NCBI GenBank assembly: GCA_964466185.1
Contig: CAYXMS010000003.1
Coordinates: 2,937-66,936, forward strand
Direction: 5' to 3'
DNA length: 64,000 bases
Source: an uncultured bacterium
GTDB taxonomy: Bacteria; Chlamydiota; Chlamydiia; Chlamydiales; SM23-39
A program made the translations under genes and the position numbers. Below the pieces are notes generated by a model. That model saw nothing but the letters and a program-made list of their open reading frames with translations, ran no database searches and had not been told where the DNA came from. Within the stretch, counting starts at the first letter, position 1. Each line of letters begins with the position of its first letter. Shown here one piece after another: positions 46,502 through 59,110 of the stretch.

Positions 46502-47771
46502 AAAAGCAATTTTAATCGGTTCTTTTCTTTTTCCTAAAAAGAAACTCCAATGCTGGGAAAATTTATCAGAATTGAAAAATTTAAGCTTAACAGCAGGTTT
46601 TGAGCCTGTTCATGTTTTGGTCTGTTCTTTAAAAAAAATTGATTCCGCCACCTACATAGGTAAGGGTAAAGTTGCAGAATTAGCGGCTTTAGCTGAAAAA
46701 GAAGATCTGGATATTTTTATTTTTGACGATGAGCTCTCAGCTCATCAGCAGCGTAATTTGGAAAAAAAATTAAAGTTGCCCGTTATTGACCGTACTGAGC
46801 TGATTTTGGATGTTTTTGCTCAAAGAGCTAGGACTAAAGAAGCTAAAATCCAGGTGAAGCTGGCTCAGTATAAATATCAGTTACCTCGTCTTAAAAGAAT
46901 GTGGACGCATCTGTCCCGTCAAAAAATTGGCGGCGGCGGCAGCGGCGGCTATTTAAAAGGAGAAGGGGAAAGACAAATCGAGATTGACAGGCGCATTATT
47001 AAAACTAAAATAGTTGAGCTGCAAAAGAAAATCGATGAAGTAAAAAACCATCGGGAAATTCAAAGAAGACAAAGACAAAAGCAAAATTTGCCGATGTTTG
47101 CTATCGTCGGTTATACAAATGCAGGGAAATCCACTCTTTTAAATGCTTTGACTAATGCCAAAGTTTTAATAGAAGATAAACTGTTTGCTACGCTAGATAC
47201 TACTGTAAGAAAATATAGTATGGCTAGCGGCCAGGAGATACTTTTAGCCGATACCGTTGGTTTCATTCGTAAACTGCCGCATACTTTAGTTGCTTCTTTT
47301 CGCTCTACTTTAGAAGAGTTGTCTTTTGCTGACGTGTTTTTGCATTTGATCGATGTTTCGCATCCGGAAGCTAAGAAGCAGGCCGAAAGTTCTTTAAACG
47401 TGATTAAAGAGCTTAACTTGCAAAATAAACCGATCATTACAGTTTTAAACAAAGTAGATCAGGTCAATGATCATAGAAAGATTTTCAATTTTAAAATTAC
47501 CTATCCTTTGACAGTAGAGCTTTCTGCTTTGCAAAAAACCGGTTTTGAGAGGCTTTTAAAACTTATGACAAAGCAAATTTCAGCTTTAAGAAAAAAAGTC
47601 TGTTTGAAAATTCCTCAAAGTCAATATAAATTAGCATCTCTATTAATGCGTTATGGTAAAATCCTGTCTAAACAATATAAAGGCAATGACATCTTTATAG
47701 AAGCAGATATTCCGTTTTTTTTAGAAAAGCAGCTTTTTTGTTTTAAAACTGTAAAATTTATTAGAAAATAA
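46488..47771 (+). CDS. hflX: GTPase HflX
   Basis: The start is placed at ATG 46488; the ORF track begins at TTG 46461. Motifs are GGGGSGGYLKGEGERQIEIDRR, GYTNAGKSTLLNAL, DTVGF and NKVD. Confidence 0.93.
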   Translation: MIEHKKAILIGSFLFPKKKLQCWENLSELKNLSLTAGFEPVHVLVCSLKKIDSATYIGKGKVAELAALAEKEDLDIFIFDDELSAHQQRNLEKKLKLPVIDRTELILDVFAQRARTKEAKIQVKLAQYKYQLPRLKRMWTHLSRQKIGGGGSGGYLKGEGERQIEIDRRIIKTKIVELQKKIDEVKNHREIQRRQRQKQNLPMFAIVGYTNAGKSTLLNALTNAKVLIEDKLFATLDTTVRKYSMASGQEILLADTVGFIRKLPHTLVASFRSTLEELSFADVFLHLIDVSHPEAKKQAESSLNVIKELNLQNKPIITVLNKVDQVNDHRKIFNFKITYPLTVELSALQKTGFERLLKLMTKQISALRKKVCLKIPQSQYKLASLLMRYGKILSKQYKGNDIFIEADIPFFLEKQLFCFKTVKFIRK

Positions 47772-47823
47772 AGACCAAATATCTCCAATATTTTTGAAAA
47801 ATTTACTTTTTAATAAAAAAAAA

Positions 47824-47844
47824 GCCCGCTTTTAACGGGCTTTT
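47824..47844. terminator. Bidirectional rho-independent terminator between hflX and marC
   Basis: gcccg (47824-47828), 7-nt loop, cgggc (47836-47840), then TTTT. An A9 run lies upstream. Confidence 0.7.
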
Positions 47845-47907
47845 GCTTTAAACACTATTTTTTATTAACAAATTTAAATGCTTTAATTTTTACAATGTTA
47901 AAAAAAA

Positions 47908-48516
47908 TTATCTAAAATTTATTTTAACCAAATCAACGATTCCGCCTGAAATCATTTGGATGCCGATCAAAATAATGATCATACCGCCCAAACGCTCTAA
48001 AGCTTGCAGGCCTCTTTCGCCCATATAGTCTTTGATTTTTTTGGCCATTAGCAAAATAATTACCGAAGGAACCCAGGCAATAAGCAAGGCTAAAGAAGTC
48101 ATCATCAGCCCTTGCAGTTTGGCATATACCATGACTGCGGCAATGCTGCCGGGGCCTGCCATGCCAGGAATTGCTAATGGTACAATAAAAGGCTCGTGTT
48201 TAGGTATTCCGGCTTTGCCGCCACCGCCCATATGAGGGAAAATCATGTTTAAAGAAATAATAATAAGTAAAAAACCGCCGGCAATGCCGATGACGTATTC
48301 TGCAATGCCAATGGCATTGAGTACTTGGCGTCCGAAGAAAATAAAGATAATCAGAATGATTAGGGAAAAAAAGGTTTCTCGCAGAACGATAATTTTTTGT
48401 CTTTTACTATCAAAAGGTGCAATTTGAGACAAATAAAGAGGAATTAAAGCGATGGAGCTCATCAATAAAAATAGTGCTAAAGCTGTAGATCCTAAACTTA
48501 AATCTTTTACTTCCAT
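47908..48516 (-). CDS. marC: MarC-family (UPF0056) membrane protein
   Basis: 202 aa, 6 TM, with PLAIPGMAGPGSIAAVM. Confidence 0.85.
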   Translation of the reverse strand: MEVKDLSLGSTALALFLLMSSIALIPLYLSQIAPFDSKRQKIIVLRETFFSLIILIIFIFFGRQVLNAIGIAEYVIGIAGGFLLIIISLNMIFPHMGGGGKAGIPKHEPFIVPLAIPGMAGPGSIAAVMVYAKLQGLMMTSLALLIAWVPSVIILLMAKKIKDYMGERGLQALERLGGMIIILIGIQMISGGIVDLVKINFR

Positions 48517-48645
48517 AAAAATAACCTTTAATTAAAAATTAAAAAAATCCTTCCTTTTAAAATACCATGAATCTTTTATTTTTTGAAACTTATTTTACTT
48601 TTTTGAATAAATTGGAATATAATTGTTTTTTTTATCTATGGATTT

Positions 48646-49926
48646 ATGAATAAAAAATTTAAAATTGTTACTTTAGGCTGCCGGGTTAATCAATATGAGT
48701 CTGAAAAGATTCAGGCTGGGTTGAAAATGCTGGGCTGGGAAAAAGCCGGTTTTTCTGAAAAGGCTGATCTGATTATTATTAATACTTGCTCTGTAACAAA
48801 AAGCGCCGTTAAAAAATCTGTTTACCAATTAAAGTCTGTTTTAAGAAAAGGTATTTGTGCTGACAGTGGTAAAATAGTAATAACAGGCTGTGCCGCTCAA
48901 AGCGATAAACAGGTATTTGAGAAAATAAGCAGTTTGTTAAATTTAAAAAAATCAAACCAAATCAATCTGCAAATAGTGCCGCAGACAAAAAAAGAGCAGA
49001 TTATAAAAGAAATTTTTCCTCAAAGTCTTCAAAAATCTTTTACTATCTTAAAGCAATTTTCTAATCATACACGGGCTTTTGTTAAAGTGCAGGACGGCTG
49101 CAACCAATTTTGTTCTTATTGCATTATTCCACATATTCGAGGCCGGTCTGTTTCCAGAGATTTTAAGAGGGTGATAGCTGAAATAAGCTCTTTTGTAGAT
49201 CATGGGTTTAAAGAGATTGTCTTAACCGGTATTGACCTGGGAGATTATAAAGATTTAAAAAATAAAAAGGATTTGGCTGATTTGATCAAAGCGGCGGCTT
49301 TGATTCCAAATTTACAAAGACTTAGGCTTTCCTCTATTGGACCGAATGATTTGTCAGAAAAGCTAATCAATGAGCTTTTACACAATTCTAAGTTAATGCC
49401 TTCTTTGCATTTGTCTTTGCAGTCGGGTTCTAATAGAGTTTTAAAAAAAATGAGACGGAACTATACGGCAGAATTTTTCTGGCAAAAAGTGCAAAGCTTA
49501 AAAACATCTTTGAAAAATTTTGCGTTTACAACTGATTTAATAGTAGGCTTTCCTTCAGAGACAGAAGATGATTTTCAAAAAAGTATGCAGATAATAGAAC
49601 AAGTAGGTTTTGTCAAAGTCCATATTTTTCCGTTTAGCGTAAGGCCAAAAACTTTAGCAGCGAAAGCAAAAGATTTTGTTGGAATGCAAGAAATTAAACG
49701 CAGAGTAAAGATTGCTAAACAGATAGCTGAAAAAACAGCTAATCTGCAAAAAACGGCTTTTATTAATAAATGCTGTCAGGTTTTAGTGGAAGAACAAAAA
49801 GACTTTGGCTATAACGAGCATTTTTTAAAAGTAAAACTTTTAGCTAAAGCAGAAAAAAATCAGCTGATTAAAACTAAAATAGTGCAAAATAATGAAAAAT
49901 ATTTGATAGGTAGAAAAATATTTTAA
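48646..49926 (+). CDS. mtaB: tRNA t6A37 methylthiotransferase MtaB (MiaB-like radical SAM)
   Basis: 426 aa with TLGCRVNQYESE, QDGCNQFCSYCIIPHIRGRSVS and a C-terminal TRAM-like region. Confidence 0.88.
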   Translation: MNKKFKIVTLGCRVNQYESEKIQAGLKMLGWEKAGFSEKADLIIINTCSVTKSAVKKSVYQLKSVLRKGICADSGKIVITGCAAQSDKQVFEKISSLLNLKKSNQINLQIVPQTKKEQIIKEIFPQSLQKSFTILKQFSNHTRAFVKVQDGCNQFCSYCIIPHIRGRSVSRDFKRVIAEISSFVDHGFKEIVLTGIDLGDYKDLKNKKDLADLIKAAALIPNLQRLRLSSIGPNDLSEKLINELLHNSKLMPSLHLSLQSGSNRVLKKMRRNYTAEFFWQKVQSLKTSLKNFAFTTDLIVGFPSETEDDFQKSMQIIEQVGFVKVHIFPFSVRPKTLAAKAKDFVGMQEIKRRVKIAKQIAEKTANLQKTAFINKCCQVLVEEQKDFGYNEHFLKVKLLAKAEKNQLIKTKIVQNNEKYLIGRKIF

Positions 49927-49998
49927 TATTTTTTTTAAATTTTTCAAGAAAAGTGTGTGTGTGGCTGTAAGATAAACATAAGTGAAGAAAAATATTTT

Positions 49999-51249
49999 AT
50001 GAAAAAAATAAAAGCTAAGCAAAATTTAACTGTTTTTTCCCATGATTCAGGTTGTGAGCTTTTGATTCCTTTGACTTTGATTAAAGCTAAGATTTTTGCT
50101 ACCCGTTTAGAGTTTTATAATTTTAAAAAGCAAAAACTGCTTTTGTCTATTGATTTAAGGTTAAAGGGTGAAGTCAAAGATTTTACGGTTTTGCAAGATT
50201 TGAAAAAAGGTCTGGTACAAGTTACTGGATTTATTAAAAAAGATTTTTTTAAATATCAGCTATTTTTAGACAATATTAAGAAAAACAAACCTAAAAAAAC
50301 ACAAATCGGACATATTGGCTGGCTTTGGTTAAAAGCTCCGAAAACTGTTTCGGAAGTTGTTTTTGAAAGGGAAAAAGGCAGGAAAGTTGCAGCCTTGCAA
50401 AAACTAGAACTTCCGTTTGCTTTGAAAGAAACAGAGTTTTGTTTGTTACCCAAGGAAAATTTTGAGCTTTTGTCGTTAGGCAGTCATAAGAAACAGCAGA
50501 TGGAGATGTTGCAAAAAAGATCCGATCTTACAGAAATTTTGCCTCTTTGGTTTTGGCTTGGTAAAATGATGCCTGGCAGGAAAAATTTACATAAATTGGA
50601 TTTAAAAAAAATCAAACCTGTAGGAACCTTAAAGCTTTTGCAAGCTATAGAAATTGCCATTTCAAATCAGGATAAACAACAGGCTGAGAAATTTTTGCTT
50701 TGGCTTTTTAAAACCGGCTTTCAGGGGATTTTCATGCCTTGTCTGTTTGATGCTAAGCATCAGGGTATTTTAGAGACCGAAAACAATTTTTTATCCCCAA
50801 ATTGTAATAATATTTCTGATATGCAAATGGCTAACGTGCATACGGACAACATTCAAAAACCAAATAATGCTCATGATAAAAAAATACAAACATCTGCAAT
50901 GGATGTTTCTTGGATTTTAAGTTATGGCGCAATTTTGATTAGGTCTTTGTTTTTTCAGGAAGAGCTTAACCTTTTTAAAATTTTACCAGTTTCTAATTTT
51001 TTTGCTGGCCGGTTTATAAATATTCAAACCCAATTTGGGCTTCTGGATATCGAATGGAGCAAAAAACTTTTGAAAAAAATGGTTTTAAAAGCAGAAAAAT
51101 CGGGAAGACTGCAGCTGAGATTGCAAAAACCCTTAAAATCGTTTCGTTTGCTAAGACAGGGACAGAGAAAAGGTAAAATACTAAATCAAAACAGCTTTAT
51201 TTTTATTGAGAAATCTAAACTTTATTATTTTGACCGGTTTCAAAAATAA
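49999..51249 (+). CDS. Hypothetical protein
   Basis: 416 aa from ATG 49999, or 430 aa from GTG 49957. It is Lys-rich and I recognise no motif. Confidence 0.5.
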   Translation: MKKIKAKQNLTVFSHDSGCELLIPLTLIKAKIFATRLEFYNFKKQKLLLSIDLRLKGEVKDFTVLQDLKKGLVQVTGFIKKDFFKYQLFLDNIKKNKPKKTQIGHIGWLWLKAPKTVSEVVFEREKGRKVAALQKLELPFALKETEFCLLPKENFELLSLGSHKKQQMEMLQKRSDLTEILPLWFWLGKMMPGRKNLHKLDLKKIKPVGTLKLLQAIEIAISNQDKQQAEKFLLWLFKTGFQGIFMPCLFDAKHQGILETENNFLSPNCNNISDMQMANVHTDNIQKPNNAHDKKIQTSAMDVSWILSYGAILIRSLFFQEELNLFKILPVSNFFAGRFINIQTQFGLLDIEWSKKLLKKMVLKAEKSGRLQLRLQKPLKSFRLLRQGQRKGKILNQNSFIFIEKSKLYYFDRFQK

Positions 51250-51335
51250 AACTGTTTTGGAATTTTTTTTGTTTTGTATATATTCACAAGAACAAATATT
51301 TGTAATAGGATTAGCTCTTTAAGGTTGTTCTATAG

Positions 51336-53354
<2,019 letters not shown>

Positions 53355-53474
53355 GGATTTTGAGAAGCGGTGATATAAATGCCTAAAAAAATAAAGTCCG
53401 GTTTTTAAAAAATAGGATAAAAACAATATTAAAAAAAACGAACAAAATCAAAAACTGTTAAAAGAAATATCTAA

Positions 53475-54770
53475 TTAATTAATTAATTTTCCTAGAAAGG
53501 TCTGGTGTTGAAATTTTTCTAATTTTACTTTTTGAAATGAACCGATTAATCTAACCGGGGCTGGGAAAATCACTTTTTTTAGATCTCTGGTTTTACCTTT
53601 TAAAAAACCTTGTTCTTTATTTTGCCGTTCTACGAGGACTTGCACAGTTTTACCTATTTGTTTTTGAGCGTTTGCTTTTTGTATTTGATGAAAAAGAGCA
53701 AATATTTTTTGTAGCCTTTGAGATTTTATGTTTTTAGTTATTTCATCTTTCAGGCGGTAAGCAGGAGTGTTTTTTCTGGGGCTGTAATTGTATAAAAAAG
53801 CATTTATGAAGCCGACTTTTTGAAAAACCTCAAGCGTCTCGGAAAAATCTTCTTCGGTTTCTGTCGGAAAGCCGACAATGATATCTGTTCCTAAAGTAAT
53901 GTCGGGTACTAAAGATTTCAAAGTTTCGACTTTTTCCAGGTAATTTTCTTTTGTATAGCAACGATTCATTTTTTTTAAAATGCAGCTGGAACCTGATTGC
54001 AGAGGCAGATGCAAATGTTCGCAAACGCTTTTTAGATCTTTGATAGCCTGCATCAGATCATAGCTGATATCTTTGGGATGGGAAGTTAAAAAGCGGACTC
54101 TTGGTATGCCTATTTTATCAATCGCATACAGCAGATCGGTAAAATTTTTACCCTGGTTGAAATAGGAATTGACATTTTGGCCCAGCAACACAATTTCTAA
54201 ATAGCCTAGGTTTTTAAGTTTTTTACACTCTTCTACGGTTTTTGTGAAATCACGGGAGATTTCCCTGCCTCTGGTATAAGGCACAACGCAATATGAACAA
54301 AAATTATTGCAGCCGCGGATGATAGAAACATAAGCAGAGATTTTATTAGAGCGTTTTAAGTTTTCGTATTCAAAGAATCCTAGCTTGCGGTCTAATTGTA
54401 AAACTGCTTCTTTTTGAGTTAAAGCTTTGTCAATAACTTGGTTTAGGTTGGATAAATTATCAGTACCGATTAAAAAGCCTATTTGAGGGATTTTTTGGAT
54501 TAATTTTTCTTTTTTTAACATAGGCATACAGCCGGCGATGCCAATCAGCGGTTTTTTTTGTTTTCTGAGCATAATGCCGATTTTGCCAAGTACTTTGCGT
54601 TCTGCCAAATCCCTAACCGAACAGGTATTAAAGATCACCAGATCCGCTTGATCTTCGTGCTTGGCAGGCTCAAGGCCTCTTTGAATGAGCAAGCTGTGTA
54701 TCAGTTCAGAGTCTAGCTCATTCATCTGACAGCCGTAAGTGCGAATGAAAAAAGTTTTTAAAAGCTTCAT
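53475..54770 (-). CDS. miaB: tRNA-i6A37 methylthiotransferase
   Basis: 431 aa with TYGCQMNELDSE, IRGCNNFCSYCVVPYTRGREIS and a TRAM end. Confidence 0.93.
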   Translation of the reverse strand: MKLLKTFFIRTYGCQMNELDSELIHSLLIQRGLEPAKHEDQADLVIFNTCSVRDLAERKVLGKIGIMLRKQKKPLIGIAGCMPMLKKEKLIQKIPQIGFLIGTDNLSNLNQVIDKALTQKEAVLQLDRKLGFFEYENLKRSNKISAYVSIIRGCNNFCSYCVVPYTRGREISRDFTKTVEECKKLKNLGYLEIVLLGQNVNSYFNQGKNFTDLLYAIDKIGIPRVRFLTSHPKDISYDLMQAIKDLKSVCEHLHLPLQSGSSCILKKMNRCYTKENYLEKVETLKSLVPDITLGTDIIVGFPTETEEDFSETLEVFQKVGFINAFLYNYSPRKNTPAYRLKDEITKNIKSQRLQKIFALFHQIQKANAQKQIGKTVQVLVERQNKEQGFLKGKTRDLKKVIFPAPVRLIGSFQKVKLEKFQHQTFLGKLIN

Positions 54771-55102
54771 TTAAAAAAATAATTAATAAAAAAATTATAA
54801 AATCTGTTTGGCAAATTATAAATCTTAGCAGAAAAAATTCTTATTTAAAAATCTAAAATTTGATCTTTAGGGTCAACTGCTGGTAGCTATGGAATTGACA
54901 TTCTTTTTATGGCTAAAGTCAGGGGTATTATGCTGTCGTTGATAATTTTTTAAAAACAAGTAAAAATTTAACAAATAACAATCAAACTTTGAAAAAAATT
55001 AAAAAAATAGGTTTAAAAAGGTTTTTAAACAAGACAAAAAACTTGGCAAAAATCAATGAAAAACTTATTCTTATAGTAGTTTTTAAAATATGGAATGGTG
55101 AA

Positions 55103-55555
55103 ATGAATAAATATAAACCGACTAAAACTTCACTCAAAACCAAAAGCCAGTCTTTTCAGGAAAAGATTTGGTTTCTGTTAGATGCTAGAGGAAAAATTTT
55201 AGGTAGGCTGGCTGCAGAAGTGGCTAAGATTTTAACTGGCAAACATAAGCCTTCTTATACTCCTAATATAGACACTGGCGATGGTGTAATTATCATTAAT
55301 GCTGACAAAATTGAAGTTACAGGAGCAAAGGAAGCGCGTAAGATATACCGTCATTATACTGGTTTTATGAGTGGTTTAAAAGAAGTCCCTTACCGTGAGC
55401 TAAAAGCTAAAAAGCCTGAAGAAATTTTACAAAGGGCTATTTCTGGCATGATGCCTAAAAGCAGGTTAGGGCGCCAGCAACTAAAAAAACTGAAAATTGT
55501 AGTTGGAGAAAAGCATAATATGGAGGCGCAAAAACCTCTTTCTGTAAACATTTAA
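55103..55555 (+). CDS. rplM: Ribosomal protein L13
   Basis: The ATG at 55103 gives a 150-aa protein. Motifs are WFLLDARGKILGRLA and YRHYTGFMSG. The upstream in-frame extension is unlikely to be real. Confidence 0.95.
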   Translation: MNKYKPTKTSLKTKSQSFQEKIWFLLDARGKILGRLAAEVAKILTGKHKPSYTPNIDTGDGVIIINADKIEVTGAKEARKIYRHYTGFMSGLKEVPYRELKAKKPEEILQRAISGMMPKSRLGRQQLKKLKIVVGEKHNMEAQKPLSVNI

Positions 55556-55590
55556 ATTTTAATTTTAATAGGCAAACTTGGATTTAATTC

Positions 55591-55983
55591 ATGAAAAAAA
55601 AAGAATTTATAGGCATTGGTAGAAGAAAAACAGCTGTAGCTTCTGTTAGAATGCGTTTGGGAACAGGGCAGATTAATATAAATGGCAGAAAATTAGACGA
55701 GTATTTTTTACTTGCTTTAGAACGAGATAATATTTTATCCCCCCTCAAGAAATTTGCTTCTTTAGATAAATATGATTTGATTTTGCGGATTAAAGGCGGC
55801 GGCATTGCAGCTCAAGCAGAAGCTGCTAGATTAGGAATTGCCAGAGCTATGGTTAAAGAAAATGATGAGTTAAGATCGGCATTAAAAGATTTGGGTTATT
55901 TAACCAGAGATCCGCGTAAGAAAGAGCGTAAAAAATATGGCCGTAAAAAGGCCCGTAAGAGATTCCAGTTCTCTAAGCGTTAA
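55591..55983 (+). CDS. rpsI: Ribosomal protein S9
   Basis: 130 aa with GRRKTAVA, GGGIAAQAEAARLGIARA and a C-terminal KKARKRFQFSKR. Confidence 0.96.
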   Translation: MKKKEFIGIGRRKTAVASVRMRLGTGQININGRKLDEYFLLALERDNILSPLKKFASLDKYDLILRIKGGGIAAQAEAARLGIARAMVKENDELRSALKDLGYLTRDPRKKERKKYGRKKARKRFQFSKR

Positions 55984-56038
55984 TTTATCAAAAAAAATAC
56001 CAGCAAAATCTGTTTCTTTTCGGAGAGCTGGGAATTAT

Positions 56039-56076
56039 GAATCCTTCGCCTTTAGGCGAGGGAGGTTCAATATAAG
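56039..56076 (+). repeat. Dispersed hairpin element copy
   Basis: gaatccttcgcctttaggcgagggaggttcaatataag, reading ESFAFRRGRFNI. It has a 16-nt exact match to 34966-34981 in reverse complement. Confidence 0.6.
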
Positions 56077-56104
56077 TTATCTTCCTCCTTGTTTATCAAG
56101 AAAG

Positions 56105-56134
56105 ACCCTTGGGATTTTTTCCAGGGGTTTTTTA
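56105..56134 (+). terminator. Rho-independent terminator of the rplM-rpsI operon
   Basis: acccttgg pairs with ccaggggt (8 bp including one G:U), followed by TTTTTT. Confidence 0.65.
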
Positions 56135-56285
56135 TGTTTTAACTACTTTTTAAAGCATGATTTTTTGCTTATTTAAGTAATTAAATATTTAAATAAATAT
56201 TTTTATAAAAAATGATTTAAGTTTTTTTTATTGATAATAAAAAAGAATATTAATATGTATTTAAATATAATCTTCAGAATGAAGG

Positions 56286-56786
56286 ATGCTTAATTATATG
56301 TTTATTGTATCTGACAAAAATTTTAACAAACCAATTTCTGCTTCTGCTTTAGAGGTTTGTAATATTCATTTGTTTGATGAGAATATAAGTCCGCATGAGG
56401 TAATTTTTGGCAACCGCATTTTAGAAATAGTTAGTTGCTATGCAGATAAAGTAGCTTTATCTCATAGCGGTATTCAATGTCATACAGCAGGCATTGATTT
56501 TGTCCGTTTTTTTGCTCAGGCGAAACGGGGGGATGTTTTAATTTGTAAAGCCTCGATTAATAGAAGCTGGCAGAATTCTATGGAAGTAGGAGTTAAAGTT
56601 ATTGCGGAAGATTTTCGTTCTTTAGAACACAAACATATTTTATCTGCTTATTTTACTTATGAAGCTTATGATATTGATAACAAACCTATGCCGGTGCCTT
56701 TTGCTATTTGGGAAACAAAAGACCAAAAACGGCGGTTTGCTGATGCTCAAAAGCGTCGTCATTTACGTTTAAAACGTTCTAGTTAA
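56286..56786 (+). CDS. Acyl-CoA thioesterase (hotdog fold, YciA/BFIT-like)
   Basis: 166 aa with GNRILEIV, HTAGIDFVRFFAQAKRGDVL and NSMEVGVKV. Confidence 0.8.
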   Translation: MLNYMFIVSDKNFNKPISASALEVCNIHLFDENISPHEVIFGNRILEIVSCYADKVALSHSGIQCHTAGIDFVRFFAQAKRGDVLICKASINRSWQNSMEVGVKVIAEDFRSLEHKHILSAYFTYEAYDIDNKPMPVPFAIWETKDQKRRFADAQKRRHLRLKRSS

Positions 56787-57916
56787 GTAGATTTTGTTTT
56801 TTTTAACTGTATTTTATTTAAAATGTGATCTTTGTATTTTTTAATCCATATTTTTAATTTTTCCCAGAAAAATATTAGGATCAAAGGCAGCCATATTAAA
56901 ATGAAAGCGGAGCCGCTGCCATTTTCTGTTAGAATAAAAAAAGCGTCCATTAAAGTATAAAATCCAATAAAACAGAACAAGGCAAAAGCAGTTACTATAA
57001 AAATATAGTTGCTTTGTCTGGAAAAACGAAACAGCCAAGGAGTTATTACAATTGGTATTAAAAGCGGAATTAAAGGCATAGCTAATTTATAGTTGAGATG
57101 GGCGCTTAAGGCTGATTTTTCTTTATAAGAGGAAAAATGCTTTTGTAAAAATTGCCAAATCAAGGTAGTTATGGACCTTTCTTCAAAGGGGACTAGAAAA
57201 GCCGAACTTTTATGATCAAAGTAGATATTTTTAAAAGTAAAGCGAAGATAAGAATCTGTTTTGGTTAAAAAACTTTTGTCATTTTGTATAAAGTGATCGA
57301 CAAAATGCCCAAGGGGGGGAGTTTGGTTTAAGTCTAAATTTTTAATGTGGTAAATTTCATTTTTTAAAAGCCAAAAAACATCGAATAACTGATTGCTGAT
57401 AGCGTCATATCGACTGTAGATTAATTTGCTGCCGTTTTTCAATATGACGGACTGGACATTAATATTTTTTTCTTTTCTTTGGCTATGCAGATGTTGTTTT
57501 TTAAATAAATGGACTGTTCTTAATGCTTTGGGGTATTGAAATTCTGTATTACAATAAGATAGTAAAGATAGAAAAATGCCAATGTAAATTAGAGGCCGAA
57601 TAATTTTTTGTCTGGAAAGGCCTGCCATTTGCAAGGCCAAAATTTCGTTGTTGCGATTCATGGAACCGATAACTTTGATAGTCGCCAAAAGAAAACCTAA
57701 AGAAAGAAAAAGATTTAAATATAGGCTGATTTGGTAATAGTAATAGATGAAAAATTGCCACAGTGAGGCTTTTCCAATAGTGAAAAATCGAGGCCCTCTA
57801 AGGGAAAAATCTAAAATAAAAAAGAAACAATATATGGCCAGAATGAATAGCAGCAGAAATTTAATGGATTCTTGGAAAATAAGTTTTTGATAGATTTTTT
57901 TTATTTTAAGATTCAT
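56783..57916 (-). CDS. lptG: LPS export permease LptG-like (YjgP/YjgQ family)
   Basis: 377 aa with a 3+3 TM layout and a central periplasmic domain. It is the second gene of an overlapping pair. Confidence 0.75.
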   Translation of the reverse strand: MNLKIKKIYQKLIFQESIKFLLLFILAIYCFFFILDFSLRGPRFFTIGKASLWQFFIYYYYQISLYLNLFLSLGFLLATIKVIGSMNRNNEILALQMAGLSRQKIIRPLIYIGIFLSLLSYCNTEFQYPKALRTVHLFKKQHLHSQRKEKNINVQSVILKNGSKLIYSRYDAISNQLFDVFWLLKNEIYHIKNLDLNQTPPLGHFVDHFIQNDKSFLTKTDSYLRFTFKNIYFDHKSSAFLVPFEERSITTLIWQFLQKHFSSYKEKSALSAHLNYKLAMPLIPLLIPIVITPWLFRFSRQSNYIFIVTAFALFCFIGFYTLMDAFFILTENGSGSAFILIWLPLILIFFWEKLKIWIKKYKDHILNKIQLKKTKST

Positions 57917-59001
57917 AGCCGGCCTTTGGATATTCGTCTAATGGAATAAAGAGAAATTAATAAAATTAACGGTTGCACTAGTACATAAATTAAAGCAGCA
58001 GATAAAGGATGTGATTTAAGTGCTTTAGCAGCGATAAAGCTGGCGAGAATAAAAAGTGCTAAAAAAGCGGCTGTCAGCAGTTTTTTTTTGGATTCTATCC
58101 GTCCAATTTCAATGCCATAGGAAATGCCAATCAAGGTAAAAGAAAAGACTGAAATGGAAATAGCCAGTCTTCTGATAATTTCTAGATAAAGCAGTTGTTT
58201 TTTAGTTTTTTCTTGCATTTTAGCACAGGCTAAAAGCATTTTAGTAGGCAAATGTAAAGAGTTGATAGAAAAACTGTCGGATTTCATGAATTTAGTTACT
58301 TTTTTAGCTTCTGTTTTCATTAGATCTTGATTTTCAATAATTAGCGTATCGAATTGGTTGGGATTTTCTAAATGATGTGAAATAATAGAGACTTTAGAGC
58401 CTACGAGCACATCATTATTTTCTAAATATAGATGTTTAGCTCTAATTAAAGAGAGTTTTCCATTATATCGATTAGGAGTGATAAAGATTAAATTTTTGGC
58501 CGAGTTTTTATCAGCTGTTGTTTCCAGGTCTATAAATGCTTTTTTTATTTTTAAAAGTTTTGGTTTTTCTAAAAGAAAAATGGGATTGAAAGAAATTTGG
58601 CTGTGGGCGATTTTTTTAGAAGCATTAATACATCGTGGTGAAACTTCCGAAGCCAGGTAAAAATTAAGTATGCTGATGAGTAAAGCGGTATATAAAATAG
58701 GAGCTGTAATTTTTTTAAAAGAAAAACCGCTGGCGCGTAGTACAGTTAGTTCATGTGTTTTAGAGAATTTGTGAAAAAGCAGCATCGCAGAGATTAGACA
58801 AGATATGGGAATAGCTATCGGCAGGATATGGGGAATTTGATAGAGGGTATAAAAAAAGACTTTGCCAATATCTGTAGTTAGCGCTGCGAATCTGGCTATT
58901 TCTTTTAATCTGGTAATTAAAAGTACGCAAACAAAGCCAAAAGTAGAAAGCAAAAAAACTTTTATATAAATGGCTGTTAAATAGCGCCAGATTAAAGGCA
59001 T
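57913..59001 (-). CDS. lptF: LPS export permease LptF-like (YjgP/YjgQ family)
   Basis: 362 aa with the same architecture. It is the first gene of the pair and overlaps the next gene by 4 nt. Confidence 0.75.
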   Translation of the reverse strand: MPLIWRYLTAIYIKVFLLSTFGFVCVLLITRLKEIARFAALTTDIGKVFFYTLYQIPHILPIAIPISCLISAMLLFHKFSKTHELTVLRASGFSFKKITAPILYTALLISILNFYLASEVSPRCINASKKIAHSQISFNPIFLLEKPKLLKIKKAFIDLETTADKNSAKNLIFITPNRYNGKLSLIRAKHLYLENNDVLVGSKVSIISHHLENPNQFDTLIIENQDLMKTEAKKVTKFMKSDSFSINSLHLPTKMLLACAKMQEKTKKQLLYLEIIRRLAISISVFSFTLIGISYGIEIGRIESKKKLLTAAFLALFILASFIAAKALKSHPLSAALIYVLVQPLILLISLYSIRRISKGRL

Positions 59002-59110
59002 GAAAAACCCACTAATTAAGGTAAAATTAATATTTTACATTACTCTTTTAGAGATTTAGTTTAGATTTTTTGAGATTATTTTTGTAGGCTATTTCGAAGT
59101 TTATGCTAAT

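Noticed and set aside
49953-49963. A (GT)n microsatellite, and the GGCGGCGGCAGCGGCGGC run at 46928-46947.
   Set aside because: The first is only about 5 units. The second encodes the conserved Gly-rich HflX loop (GGGGSGG). Neither shows evidence of phase-variable function.
55937-56176. The 79-aa ORF after rpsI and the 62-aa ORF at 37163-37351.
   Set aside because: Both are created by read-through of the hairpin elements and overlap terminator sequence. Neither has an RBS or a motif.
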